From assembly GCA_038119905.1 (NCBI GenBank), contig JAYOKQ010000009.1, positions 361 through 64,360 on the forward strand: DNA of 64,000 bases, read 5' to 3'. The DNA is from Gemmatimonadota bacterium. GTDB lineage: Bacteria; Latescibacterota; UBA2968; UBA8231. A model generated the notes under the pieces. That model searched no databases, was not told the origin of the DNA, and saw only the letters and a program-made list of their open reading frames with translations. Of the stretch, positions 35,747-43,840 are shown in pieces; the first letter of the stretch is position 1, and each line of letters starts with the position of its first letter. A program made the position numbers and the translations under genes.

Positions 35747-37162
35747 CTAGCGCTTTTTAGCGGCCGCTTTCTTTTTGTTGCCTGACTGCAGGCGATTGGC
35801 AGCGCCGACCGATCCGATGTGCAGCGTGTCGTAGGCCTGCTGCGATGTTTCAAAGGGCCCTTCGTGCGTTTTCGCACCGTGCCAGTTGAGGTTGGTGTAC
35901 ATCGGATTGGGGGCACCAGTGGCCTTTTCGCGCGCTGCGATATGGGCCAGCATGCGCTCTTCCAACATGGCGACTACGGCTTTCTCTTTAGAGGCCACGT
36001 TCTTCAGTTCGAGTGGATCTTCGATCAGGTTATAGAGTTCGACGCGGGGCTTAAAATGGAAGTCGGGTTCGAGGGCAATCATCAGCTTCCACTGCGGCGT
36101 GCGCCAGCCGTGTTTGCGCATCCAAGTGCACTCTGTGATATAAAACTCGGAGTAGTTGGATGCGCGCTGGCCGGATATAAGCGGCAACAGCGACTGGCCA
36201 TCAAAAGCGATCTCCGACTTGACGTTGAGCAGCTGCAAAACGGTCGGGACCAAATCTTGATGCAGGCTTGTACCTTTGACGCGCTGGCCCGCCGGGACTT
36301 TGCCCGGTAGGCGAATTATAAGAGGAACGTAGAGCGTGTTGTCGTACATGCCGTGGTGGTCGTACCAGCAGTCGTGCTCGTAGAGTGTCTCGCCGTGATC
36401 GCCGTTGATGACGATCAGCGTGTCGTCCTCCAAGCCGAGTTCGGAGACGCGCGTGATAATGCGTTGGATGCAGGCATCCATATAGGCGATGGCACCGTCG
36501 TACTGCGCGTCGACGTAGTGGCGATCGGTTATACCCGGTGGCATCCAATCGGCAAAAAAGTCGCAAAAGGGCTTAAAGTTGAATACCGGTTGCATCGACT
36601 TGTTTTTCGGATCGAATTCGTTGCCGCTGTAAAACATGCGCTCAAAGGGAGCTGGCGGCAGGTAGGGGGCATGCGGATCCATGTGGCGCAGAAAGAGAAA
36701 GAACGGCTTTTTGGATTTAGACAGTCGCTCGAGCTCGGGAATGGCGACCTTGTTGAGCTCTTCGGCTTTTGGGCTGCGGCCGGTTGCCCATGAGCCCCAT
36801 CCCGGATAGTCAAAATAGCGGTCAAAACCGCGCGAACTGGGGTTGCCGGTAAAGCCGACACAGGAAGTGTTGTAGCCGTTTTTCTTTAGAATTTCAGGCA
36901 ACGTGCGCACGGTGCGGGGCAGGCCGCCTTTGTGGCGCAGGGCGACGACCGAAGTGGAAAAACAGTCGAGTCCTGTTAGCATAGAAGCATAGGCCGAAGT
37001 GGTGGGAATATGCGGAGAATAATTCTGCTCAAAGAGCGTACCGCCCTCGGCGAACTTATCGATGTGCGGCGTAGTTTGGCGGTGGTAACCGTAGCAGCTC
37101 ATGTGGTCGGCGCGCAGGCTATCAATGCCAAAGAGAATGAGATTGGTCTTTTTTGTGGGCAT
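35747..37162 (-). CDS. Sulfatase-fold (alkaline phosphatase superfamily) protein lacking the CxPxR formylglycine motif
   Basis: N-terminal LILFGIDSLRADHMSCYGY and a later GDHGE-type motif (VINGDHGETL) fit the sulfatase fold. The segment aligned to CxPSRxxxxTG reads IPTTSAYASMLTG. No signal peptide. Confidence 0.7.
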   Translation of the reverse strand: MPTKKTNLILFGIDSLRADHMSCYGYHRQTTPHIDKFAEGGTLFEQNYSPHIPTTSAYASMLTGLDCFSTSVVALRHKGGLPRTVRTLPEILKKNGYNTSCVGFTGNPSSRGFDRYFDYPGWGSWATGRSPKAEELNKVAIPELERLSKSKKPFFLFLRHMDPHAPYLPPAPFERMFYSGNEFDPKNKSMQPVFNFKPFCDFFADWMPPGITDRHYVDAQYDGAIAYMDACIQRIITRVSELGLEDDTLIVINGDHGETLYEHDCWYDHHGMYDNTLYVPLIIRLPGKVPAGQRVKGTSLHQDLVPTVLQLLNVKSEIAFDGQSLLPLISGQRASNYSEFYITECTWMRKHGWRTPQWKLMIALEPDFHFKPRVELYNLIEDPLELKNVASKEKAVVAMLEERMLAHIAAREKATGAPNPMYTNLNWHGAKTHEGPFETSQQAYDTLHIGSVGAANRLQSGNKKKAAAKKR

Positions 37163-37354
37163 GTTATCCTCACTAAAAGGGGGTTGGTAAACAGGGGGAA
37201 AAGGCTAAAGCGAACGGCACGAAGCGTCAAGGGATAAGATGGGCTGTGATTGAGCGGACCGAGGCCAGTGCGTACATTGTCATCGCTTTATTAGAGTAGG
37301 TGAACGAACGCGTAGCGCGCAGGTATCGGGCGCTGTTTCCGGAAAGAGAGCGAG

Positions 37355-38500
37355 ATGAAAAAGCTGAAAGTAGCCGTAGTCGGCGTAGGGGGGATCGCCG
37401 GCGCGCATATGCCAGGATGGAAGGCTTCGGAAGAAGCCGAACTGGCGGCTGGTTGCGACGTAAATGGCGACGTGCTAGCCAAATGGGGCGCCGAACACGG
37501 CGTGGATCGGCTCTACACGGACATTGAAGATCTATGGAGCGACGAAGAGATCGACATTGTCGATATCTGCACGCCGAATATGTACCATGCTCCGCTGAGT
37601 ATCGCGGCATTGGAGGCGGGTAAACACGTGCTCTGCGAGAAGCCGCTTGCGCCCACGCCGGACGAAGTGAGAGAGATGATAGCGGCGCGCGACCGTTCGG
37701 GCAAACTGCTAATGACGGCTCAAAGTGTGCGCTTTACGGGCAACGCCCGTTCCTTCAAAGAAGAAGTAGATGCGGGCGCTCTCGGCGAGGTCTATCATGC
37801 TCGCTGTTGGGCGCTGCGCAGAGCGGGCGTACCGGTGCGCCCCGGGTTCATTCAGAAAAAGCACAGCGGCGGTGGTCCGTGTATCGATATTGGTGTGCAC
37901 ATGCTCGATCTTGCTCTGTGGCTTATGGGAAACCCCCAGCCAGTATCTGTAAACGGCGTGGCCGTCGCGCCGCTGGCGCACAAAGAAGGCGCATTTTCTG
38001 AATGGGGGCGCGCCCCGATTCCCCCCGAATATGACGTAGAAGATTTTGCTGCTGGATTTGTGCGCTTTGCTAACGGAGCTACGCTGGTATTGGAAATGAG
38101 CTGGATGCTTCACCACGGCGGGGCAGAGAACGGCGTATGGCTCTATGGAAAAGACGGCGGGGGACATTGGCCTTCGTGTGAATTTTTTCAAAGTAACTAC
38201 CAGACGCGCCAGCACTATAACCGCACGATCAAATTGCACAGCGATGGACTGGGTTCGCACGCCGAAGAGTGCATGGCGTTTGCGCGGGCGATTGCCCATG
38301 GAGAACCGTCGCCCGTGCCTGCCGAAGAGTCGCTGCAGGTCGTACAGATTCTCGATGGAATCTATCGCAGTCAGGAGACGGGGGCTGAGGTTTTTGTAGA
38401 TAATGAGTCGTGTGTGACGGTTAGTCAGTTGGAAGGTCCCGCGCGTTGGCGTCGGCCCTTTTTATTTGGCTGTGGGGGGGCGGCAAAAGGTCGGCTCTAA
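37355..38500 (+). CDS. Gfo/Idh/MocA family oxidoreductase
   Basis: MKKLKVAVVGVGGIAGAH Rossmann N-terminus and the CEKPLA motif. Confidence 0.85.
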   Translation: MKKLKVAVVGVGGIAGAHMPGWKASEEAELAAGCDVNGDVLAKWGAEHGVDRLYTDIEDLWSDEEIDIVDICTPNMYHAPLSIAALEAGKHVLCEKPLAPTPDEVREMIAARDRSGKLLMTAQSVRFTGNARSFKEEVDAGALGEVYHARCWALRRAGVPVRPGFIQKKHSGGGPCIDIGVHMLDLALWLMGNPQPVSVNGVAVAPLAHKEGAFSEWGRAPIPPEYDVEDFAAGFVRFANGATLVLEMSWMLHHGGAENGVWLYGKDGGGHWPSCEFFQSNYQTRQHYNRTIKLHSDGLGSHAEECMAFARAIAHGEPSPVPAEESLQVVQILDGIYRSQETGAEVFVDNESCVTVSQLEGPARWRRPFLFGCGGAAKGRL

Positions 38501-38619
38501 TTTACCGATATAGAGGGGGAGATCCCTGTGCAGGACGATGTGGCCAAAGTGGGCACGGCTAGACGGGGACGTGCGATCGACGATCTCAGCGATTGTTTCC
38601 GATTGGAAGTAGGTGGGGC

Positions 38620-38793
38620 ATGGCCGAAGAACTGCATGACGTATATGACGATGAGCACATCGGCGTGTGGAAGAGCGAGAATTTCTTCCATCTGCGTCTG
38701 TGGGATCGAGGTGTCGAAATGGTATTCACTAGCAGTGAGTGGGTTGATTTTCTTTCCAGTATGCGCTCTATGTTCTACCAAGAAAAAGAGTAG
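38620..38793 (+). CDS. Small acidic hypothetical protein (57 aa)
   Basis: ATG 38620 is preceded by AGGTGG. MAEELHDVYDDEHIGVWKSENFFHLRLWDRGVEMVFTSSEWVDFLSSMRSMFYQEKE looks protein-like, unlike the overlapping Cys-rich frame 38528..38809. GC looks lower than the surroundings. Confidence 0.4.
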   Translation: MAEELHDVYDDEHIGVWKSENFFHLRLWDRGVEMVFTSSEWVDFLSSMRSMFYQEKE

Positions 38794-38963
38794 GCTCTCC
38801 GGTCGTTAGACCCCGTGGTATCGCTTCACTTCACGAGATTCCCCGTGCTTGTATCAGTAGGTTAATTAGAATTTATTAATCTGAATTACAAAAAATAATT
38901 ACGTAAGTAAATTAAAATATTAACACTTATAATGTTTAATTTTTGCGAGTGTCCATAAATAGC

Positions 38964-38992
38964 TTGACTGGTATACACATGAACAGTAAATT
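38964..38992 (+). promoter_or_regulatory. Near-consensus sigma70-type promoter TTGACT-17 nt-TAAATT in an AT-rich islet
   Basis: TTGACT at 38964-38969 and TAAATT at 38987-38992 with an exact 17-nt spacer. An extremely AT-rich (UP-element-like) region lies upstream. Confidence 0.5.
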
Positions 38993-39000
38993 TTTGTTCA
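38980..39000 (+). promoter_or_regulatory. Inverted repeat TGAACA-N9-TGTTCA bracketing the -10 element (operator-like)
   Basis: TGAACA at 38980-38985 and TGTTCA at 38995-39000 are exact reverse complements. The putative -10 hexamer lies between them. Confidence 0.35.
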
Positions 39001-39016
39001 GGTCATGTGATATTAC

Positions 39017-39042
39017 AGTGAGCGTATATGCTGCTCACTTTT
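39017..39042 (+). terminator. Leader hairpin plus T-run (attenuator / short-RNA terminator candidate)
   Basis: AGTGAGC (39017-39023) pairs with GCTCACT (39033-39039) around a 9-nt loop, followed by TTTTCT. Directly after it comes the perfect palindrome TTTCTCC/GGAGAAA (39040-39053), about 10 nt upstream of the 42-aa ORF. Confidence 0.4.
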
Positions 39043-39062
39043 CTCCGGAGAAAGGGAGTGAG

Positions 39063-39191
39063 ATGGGACGAGTGAAACAGTTGAGTGAGAGCTGGCAAAA
39101 AGCAATGTATCCCGTCGGATTATATGGCGGATGGGCGGGCCTGCTCATCGTTGTAATAATGGCGCAACCCTCGCTTCGCTATTGGGCCTAG
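39063..39191 (+). CDS. Candidate 42-aa single-pass membrane peptide
   Basis: GGGAG lies 5 nt before ATG 39063. Sequence MGRVKQLSESWQKAMYPVGLYGGWAGLLIVVIMAQPSLRYWA has one hydrophobic helix. It lies downstream of a consensus-like promoter and a leader hairpin. Confidence 0.35.
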   Translation: MGRVKQLSESWQKAMYPVGLYGGWAGLLIVVIMAQPSLRYWA

Positions 39192-39204
39192 CTGCCGACG
39201 CGAT

Positions 39205-39390
39205 ATGGCTTCTATAGACAAAGAGCGGATAGAGCGAGCAGCGCGCATATATGCCAGCAACTACGATGCGGGTTTGGCCCTGGGAATTGCTCCGGGTAGC
39301 TTCGGTCGATTGTGTCGTCGCTACGGCATCGAAACGCCGCAGGCGCGGCGTCAGCGCCGGCGCACCGAGTGGAAAACTCGCTCGGTTTGA
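39205..39390 (+). CDS. Small basic protein (61 aa), possible helix-turn-helix
   Basis: MASIDKERIERAARIYASNYDAGLALGIAPGSFGRLCRRYGIETPQARRQRRRTEWKTRSV. The AGLALGIAPGSFGRLCRRYGI segment looks HTH-like and the tail is Arg-rich. It starts 13 nt after the 42-aa ORF stop and has no SD. Confidence 0.4.
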   Translation: MASIDKERIERAARIYASNYDAGLALGIAPGSFGRLCRRYGIETPQARRQRRRTEWKTRSV

Positions 39391-39405
39391 ACAGAGCGCG
39401 CAACA

Positions 39406-39433
39406 GGTTGGAAAGAGTGCAAAAGGTTGGAAA
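39406..39433 (+). repeat. Direct repeat GGTTGGAAA x2 upstream of ssb
   Basis: Exact 9-mers at 39406-39414 and 39425-39433 (19-nt period), 24 nt upstream of the ssb start codon. Confidence 0.5.
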
Positions 39434-39456
39434 ACATTCGATAGGAGGAGTGAGAT

Positions 39457-39900
39457 ATGGCGCGTGGTAGCGTTAATAAAGTGATATTGATCGGCAACTT
39501 GGGCGCCGATCCAGACCTGCGTTTTACAGCCAACGGGGCACAGGTCGCCCATTTTAACATGGCTACGAGTGAAACCTGGCAGGACAAAGGGGGGGAGCGG
39601 CAAGAGCGCACGGAATGGCACCGAATTGTACTGTGGAGGAGGCTAGCCGAGGTGGCGGGACAGTACCTCAAAAAAGGCAGCAAGGTGTATATAGAGGGTA
39701 AATTACAAACGCGTACATGGGATGATGCCAAGGGGCAGAAACACTACACGACGGAAATTATAGCTCAGAGTATGGAAATGCTCGATGGGCAGAACGGGGG
39801 GCCGGGAGAACTCGATATGGCCTACGGTCGCACAGTCCATGAGGTGCCTGCCGTGCCCCAGTCCCGCTCAGGCGCAGGGGATGACGACCTGCCATTCTGA
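39457..39900 (+). CDS. ssb: Single-stranded DNA-binding protein
   Basis: OB-fold N-terminus [31 protein letters not shown], and C-terminal DDDLPF tip. AGGAGG SD. Confidence 0.95.
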   Translation: MARGSVNKVILIGNLGADPDLRFTANGAQVAHFNMATSETWQDKGGERQERTEWHRIVLWRRLAEVAGQYLKKGSKVYIEGKLQTRTWDDAKGQKHYTTEIIAQSMEMLDGQNGGPGELDMAYGRTVHEVPAVPQSRSGAGDDDLPF

Positions 39901-39944
39901 GCGTTGCATCGGTCTTGACCGAGTGCCAAGGGCCGTGTTAGATT

Positions 39945-39978
39945 GGTCACGCTTCCACGAGGGAGCGTGACCTTTTTT
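39945..39978 (+). terminator. Rho-independent terminator after ssb
   Basis: GGTCACGCT (39945-39953) pairs with AGCGTGACC (39964-39972), followed by TTTTTT (39973-39978). Confidence 0.7.
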
Positions 39979-39998
39979 ATGCTAAATAGGAGAACATC

Positions 39999-40835
39999 AT
40001 GGCTTTCGAACTCAACGCCAAGGGTAAGTTCAAGGATTTAACGCCGGGATATCGCGGGACGCGCTTTGGAGATGGCCGTCCCAAGGTCAACGATAGCATC
40101 CTCAAGCGCATGAAGAAGGTGACCGTCGAGGAAGCGTGGGGCGTGCTGGCCGGTAAGGGGCATCATTTCCAGTTCGAGGGGAATTGGCTCAACCTTCATC
40201 CCGACCGGGTCATCGTCGGCCGCGCCGTTACCTGTCGCTACGTGCCGCATCGCCCCGATCTTAACGATATTGTGCAGGCCGACGGCAAGCGCAAAAAATA
40301 TATCGGCGGCCAGAACAGCTGGGTTATCGACTCGCTGGTTAAAGACGACGTGCTGGTTGTAGAGCTGTTCGGTAAAATCGTCAAAGGCACCTTTATCGGC
40401 GACAATCTCGGAACGGCGATCAACGTGAATACCGGGGGTACTGGTGTAGTAATTGACGGCAGCATTCGCGACGACGAACGCGTGCGCGAACTGCCCTTTA
40501 ACGTCCTGTGTCGCGGCACGCATCCGACTGCTATCGGCGAGGTCACGATGGCTGAAATGAACGGGCCGGTGCGCATTGGCAATACGACGTGTATGCCGGG
40601 AGATATCGTCTTAGCTAAGCAGGCCGGCGTGGTGTTTATTCCGCCGCAGTATGCTAAGGAAGTAGTCGAGGTATCCGAAAACGTGCGCCTGCGCGATTAC
40701 TGGGGCAAAAAGACCATAGCAGATGGTCGCTATACGCCGGGCGAAGTGGACCGCAAGTGGTCCGACAAAATGGAAAAGGAATTTGATAAGTGGAAAAAGA
40801 CCGTCGACATCAACGCCGTCTTTGATGAGCTATAG
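39999..40835 (+). CDS. RraA family protein (RraA / HMG-aldolase-like)
   Basis: GDNLGTAI and GVVIDGSIRD motifs of the RraA-like fold. It is longer (278 aa) than classical RraA. Confidence 0.65.
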   Translation: MAFELNAKGKFKDLTPGYRGTRFGDGRPKVNDSILKRMKKVTVEEAWGVLAGKGHHFQFEGNWLNLHPDRVIVGRAVTCRYVPHRPDLNDIVQADGKRKKYIGGQNSWVIDSLVKDDVLVVELFGKIVKGTFIGDNLGTAINVNTGGTGVVIDGSIRDDERVRELPFNVLCRGTHPTAIGEVTMAEMNGPVRIGNTTCMPGDIVLAKQAGVVFIPPQYAKEVVEVSENVRLRDYWGKKTIADGRYTPGEVDRKWSDKMEKEFDKWKKTVDINAVFDEL

Positions 40836-40874
40836 TAGATGCGGTCTGTTTTAGACTAATCTTGTAGAGAATCT

Positions 40875-40905
40875 AAGGCCCGGAAACACGGTGTTTCCGG
40901 GCCTT
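40875..40905 (+). terminator. Strong hairpin after the RraA-like gene
   Basis: AAGGCCCGGAAAC / GTTTCCGGGCCTT gives a stem of about 13 bp. There is no clear T-tract, so function as a terminator is uncertain. Confidence 0.4.
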
Positions 40906-41010
40906 GCTGTATTCGGTTCGTGCTCTGGTCATTGGGGATACAGTGGGAATTGGGACCGAACGGGCAATGATCGAATCAATAGAATGAGTGCTATACAAAG
41001 GAGAGGCCAT

Positions 41011-42066
41011 ATGAAAAAGCTGCGCATGGGGGTTGTCGGTTTGGGCATGGGGCGCGGTCACGCGCGCGGGTACTTAAGCCACCCACAGGCTGAACTCGTT
41101 GCTCTGTGCGATATGGATCCGGTTCGACTCGCGCAGGAAGCGGCTGAAATGGGCGTTGCGCAAACCTATGAAGATGCGCTTGAGATGTTTGATCGGGCCG
41201 ATCTCGATGCGGTGAGTATTGCCGTGCCGAATAAACTGCATGCCCCGCTGACAATCGCCGCGCTTAAGCGCGGTCTGCACGTACTCTGCGAAAAACCGAT
41301 GGCGCGCACGGCCAAAGAAGCCGAACGCATGCTGGCAGCCGCGCGGACGGCCAAGAAAAACCTGATGATCAACTTTTCTTTTCGCTTTTCCGATATGAGC
41401 TTTGCCCTCAAGGAGCAAGTCGATGCGGGCGTGGTGGGCGACATATACTTCGGTCGCAGCGTGTGGCATCGGCGACGTGGTGTGCCTCGGTTTGGCGGGT
41501 GGTTTGGGGTTCGAGAAATGTCGGGCGGAGGGCCGCTGATTGATTTGGGGGTGCATCGACTCGACTTGGCGCTCTGGCTGATGGGCTATCCCGAGCCCAT
41601 TGCCGTCAGCGGGTCTACCTACGATCCGATTGCTAGTGAAATGGCCCAGCGCGAGGGTAAAACATTCGACGTCGAGGACCTGGCCTGCGGGCTCATAAAG
41701 TTTGCCAACGGGGCCACGCTTGTTCTCGAGGCGAGCTGGGCGCTGAACATACGCGAAAACGAGCATATGATCACGTCGCTCTACGGCACGCGCGGGGGCT
41801 TGGTCCAGCGCAACACGGGCGGGACATATGATTTTGAGGCCGAACTCTACACCGTGGAAGGCGACAGTCACTTTACCAAAAAACTGGACCGTCGCACGCA
41901 GCGCGCGCCGTCTTCCTATGGGGAATTTGTCGACAGTATTTTGGAAAAGCGCCAACCCATCGCTACGGGTGAACACGGTCTTAAGGTGATGAAGATTCTC
42001 GATGGGATCTATAAAAGCGCCGCCACGGGAAGGGAGGTGCGCTCTCGCGCGAATTCATATAAATAA
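41011..42066 (+). CDS. Gfo/Idh/MocA family oxidoreductase
   Basis: AAGGAGAGG SD before ATG 41011. MKKLRMGVVGLGMGRGH Rossmann N-terminus and the CEKPMA motif. Track start 40891 is an upstream extension. Confidence 0.85.
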   Translation: MKKLRMGVVGLGMGRGHARGYLSHPQAELVALCDMDPVRLAQEAAEMGVAQTYEDALEMFDRADLDAVSIAVPNKLHAPLTIAALKRGLHVLCEKPMARTAKEAERMLAAARTAKKNLMINFSFRFSDMSFALKEQVDAGVVGDIYFGRSVWHRRRGVPRFGGWFGVREMSGGGPLIDLGVHRLDLALWLMGYPEPIAVSGSTYDPIASEMAQREGKTFDVEDLACGLIKFANGATLVLEASWALNIRENEHMITSLYGTRGGLVQRNTGGTYDFEAELYTVEGDSHFTKKLDRRTQRAPSSYGEFVDSILEKRQPIATGEHGLKVMKILDGIYKSAATGREVRSRANSYK

Positions 42067-42070
42067 AAAA

Positions 42071-42100
42071 GCGCCGACTCCATACACATAGAGTCGTCGC
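42071..42100. terminator. Hairpin between convergent Gfo-family and peroxiredoxin genes
   Basis: GCGCCGACTC / GAGTCGTCGC (one mismatch), flanked by AAAAAA upstream and GGTTT downstream. Confidence 0.4.
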
Positions 42101-42123
42101 TGGGTTTACGGTGGGTGTAGTCG

Positions 42124-42759
42124 CTATTTGTTGGGCTGCGGCGTGGTGCGCAGATAGGGCTTAATCTTGGTAAATCCCTTGGGGAATTTCTCCTGGGCCT
42201 GCGCGTCGGACAGCGCCGGCGTGACGATGCAGTCGTCGCCGTCTTGCCAGTTGGCGGGGGTCGCAACCGAGTAATTAGCCGTCAGCTGCAGGGAATCAAT
42301 AACGCGTAGCAGTTCGTCGAAGTTGCGTCCCGTCGAAGCTGGATACGTCAGCATGAGTTTGATTTTTTTATCCGGTCCGATGACGAATACCGAGCGCACG
42401 GTCATATTGTCCAATGCGTTGGGATGGATCATATCGTAGAGTTCCGCGACGGTGCGGTCCGGATCAGCCAGCAGGGGAAAATTAACGGTCGTATTTTGCG
42501 TTTCGTTGATGTCGCCAATCCAACCCTGGTGATCTTCCAAGGGATCGACGCTCAATCCGACTACCTTGACATCGCGTTTTTCAAACTCATCTTTGAGTTT
42601 GGCAACGGTGCCCAATTCGGTTGTGCATACGGGCGTGTAGTCGGCCGGGTGCGAAAAGAGGATGCCCCAGCTCGATCCCAACCACCTGTGAAAATGAATG
42701 GTGCCTTCAGTGCTCTCTGCCGTAAAATTAGGTGCTTCATCTCCAAGACGCAGTGCCAA
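42124..42759 (-). CDS. Peroxiredoxin (1-Cys / Prx6-like)
   Basis: HPADYTPVCTTELG peroxidatic Cys motif. TTG 42759 is preceded by AGGAG at 7 nt and gives the typical MALRLGDEAPNF N-terminus. Confidence 0.85.
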   Translation of the reverse strand: MALRLGDEAPNFTAESTEGTIHFHRWLGSSWGILFSHPADYTPVCTTELGTVAKLKDEFEKRDVKVVGLSVDPLEDHQGWIGDINETQNTTVNFPLLADPDRTVAELYDMIHPNALDNMTVRSVFVIGPDKKIKLMLTYPASTGRNFDELLRVIDSLQLTANYSVATPANWQDGDDCIVTPALSDAQAQEKFPKGFTKIKPYLRTTPQPNK

Positions 42760-42918
42760 AGTTCGTACTCCTCTTACAGTAATGAGGTTACTGAATGTGC
42801 TCAGCAACAGGTGTATATTCTTCTAAATAAGCGTTTGTAGCGTTGGTATTGTCAACACCTTGTGCGTGTAAATGGCACGTATGTGGCTATGTATCCGAAA
42901 CAATAGGAGAGTGAAACG

Positions 42919-43800
42919 TTGAAAACGATTATGCCGATTGTCGCAATGTTATTGTGCAGTATGGCTACCCCGGCCATAGCGTGGTGGGGCAACGGTCATT
43001 ATCTGCTTTCGCAGGCGGCCGTGCAGGCGCTGCCCGATGAGGTGCCGGCCTTTTTTCGCGCGAGCGGCGATGTCGTTGCTGCGGCTTCTATCGATCCCGA
43101 CCTACACAAGAATCGCGCGGTGCCCAATATCAACAAGACCGAATACACGGAGCACTTTATCGACTTAGAGCTTTTGGAAGGGGCACCGCTTCCTGCGCTG
43201 CGCTACGATTTCATTGCTCTGTGCTATGAAAAGGGCGTCGATCCTACGCGCGTCGGTTTTGGGCCCTATGCGCTCGCCGAATGGACCGGCCGGTTGGCCG
43301 TCGCCTTTGCCGAATATCGCAAGTGGCCAGAAGACGAAGGGATCCAGTCAAAGTGTCTCGTGTATGCTGGTTTTATCGCGCACTACGCGCAGGATCTGAT
43401 GCAGCCCCTGCACACGACGGTGCACTATAACGGGATCAAGCAGGAGGATGGTACCATAATTCAGAAGGGAATCCACGAAAAAGTGGATTCGGCTATCGAG
43501 CGGCTGAAAATGGTGCCGGCTGATCTGGCTAGCGGACAAGAGCTAGCGGTGCACGACTCGCTAATGGCCGGAATCATCGGAGCGCTCGAGTCGAGCCATG
43601 CACGCGTGTCGGCCATCTACGACGTGGGAGCAGGATGGGACGATATTGATAACGAGCAGATGCAGGCCTTAAGTCAAGAGCGTGCACGTGCTTCGGTGCA
43701 GTTCAACGCATCGCTCTATCTGACAGCCTGGCGTAAATCCGACGGCATGTGGTTGCCCGGCTGGCTCGATCGCGAAATGGGAGCTGTCAAAGGCGAATAA
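42919..43800 (+). CDS. S1/P1 nuclease-like (zinc phospholipase C / P1 nuclease superfamily) secreted protein
   Basis: A signal peptide is followed by WWGNGH. EHFIDLE and HYAQDLMQPLH resemble the S1/P1 zinc ligand motifs. Start is TTG 42919 or ATG 42931. Confidence 0.55.
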   Translation: MKTIMPIVAMLLCSMATPAIAWWGNGHYLLSQAAVQALPDEVPAFFRASGDVVAAASIDPDLHKNRAVPNINKTEYTEHFIDLELLEGAPLPALRYDFIALCYEKGVDPTRVGFGPYALAEWTGRLAVAFAEYRKWPEDEGIQSKCLVYAGFIAHYAQDLMQPLHTTVHYNGIKQEDGTIIQKGIHEKVDSAIERLKMVPADLASGQELAVHDSLMAGIIGALESSHARVSAIYDVGAGWDDIDNEQMQALSQERARASVQFNASLYLTAWRKSDGMWLPGWLDREMGAVKGE

Positions 43801-43840
43801 ATAGGGCGCGAGCTTGCGGCCGCTATGCAGCGGGCAAGCC

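Noticed and set aside
38528-38809. 93-aa ORF overlapping the 57-aa ORF in another frame, and minus-strand ORF 38497..38781
   Set aside because: The translations are Cys-rich and low-complexity and there is no SD. The 38620 frame has an AGGTGG SD and a more protein-like sequence. None of the three is proven.
38861-39000. AT-rich tract as a replication origin (DUE plus DnaA boxes)
   Set aside because: I found no good DnaA boxes. The nearest, TGTCCATAA, has two mismatches to TGTGGATAA, and a lone TTATCCTCA lies about 1.7 kb away at 37162-37170. No dnaA or dnaN is nearby. A promoter or regulatory role fits better.
38980-39000. TGAACA-N9-TGTTCA as a LexA/SOS box controlling ssb
   Set aside because: The spacing does not fit the LexA consensi I know: CTGT-N8-ACAG, GAAC-N4-GTTC and GTTC-N7-GTTC. 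I keep it only as a generic operator candidate.
38796-39048. TCTCCGG 7-mer at both sides of the AT-rich segment as target-site duplication of a MITE-like insertion
   Set aside because: There are no terminal inverted repeats inside the duplicated 7-mers, and a 7-mer match at this distance is plausible by chance.
40891-41010. N-terminal 40-codon extension of the second Gfo-family gene
   Set aside because: It starts inside the upstream hairpin and has no SD. ATG 41011 has AAGGAGAGG upstream and gives the canonical Rossmann N-terminus.
41074-41976. 300-aa ORF antisense to the Gfo/Idh/MocA gene 41011..42066
   Set aside because: It is fully embedded antisense in a gene with clear family motifs. 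Its composition is Arg/Ala/His-rich and it has no SD. This is the typical spurious antisense ORF of GC-rich DNA.
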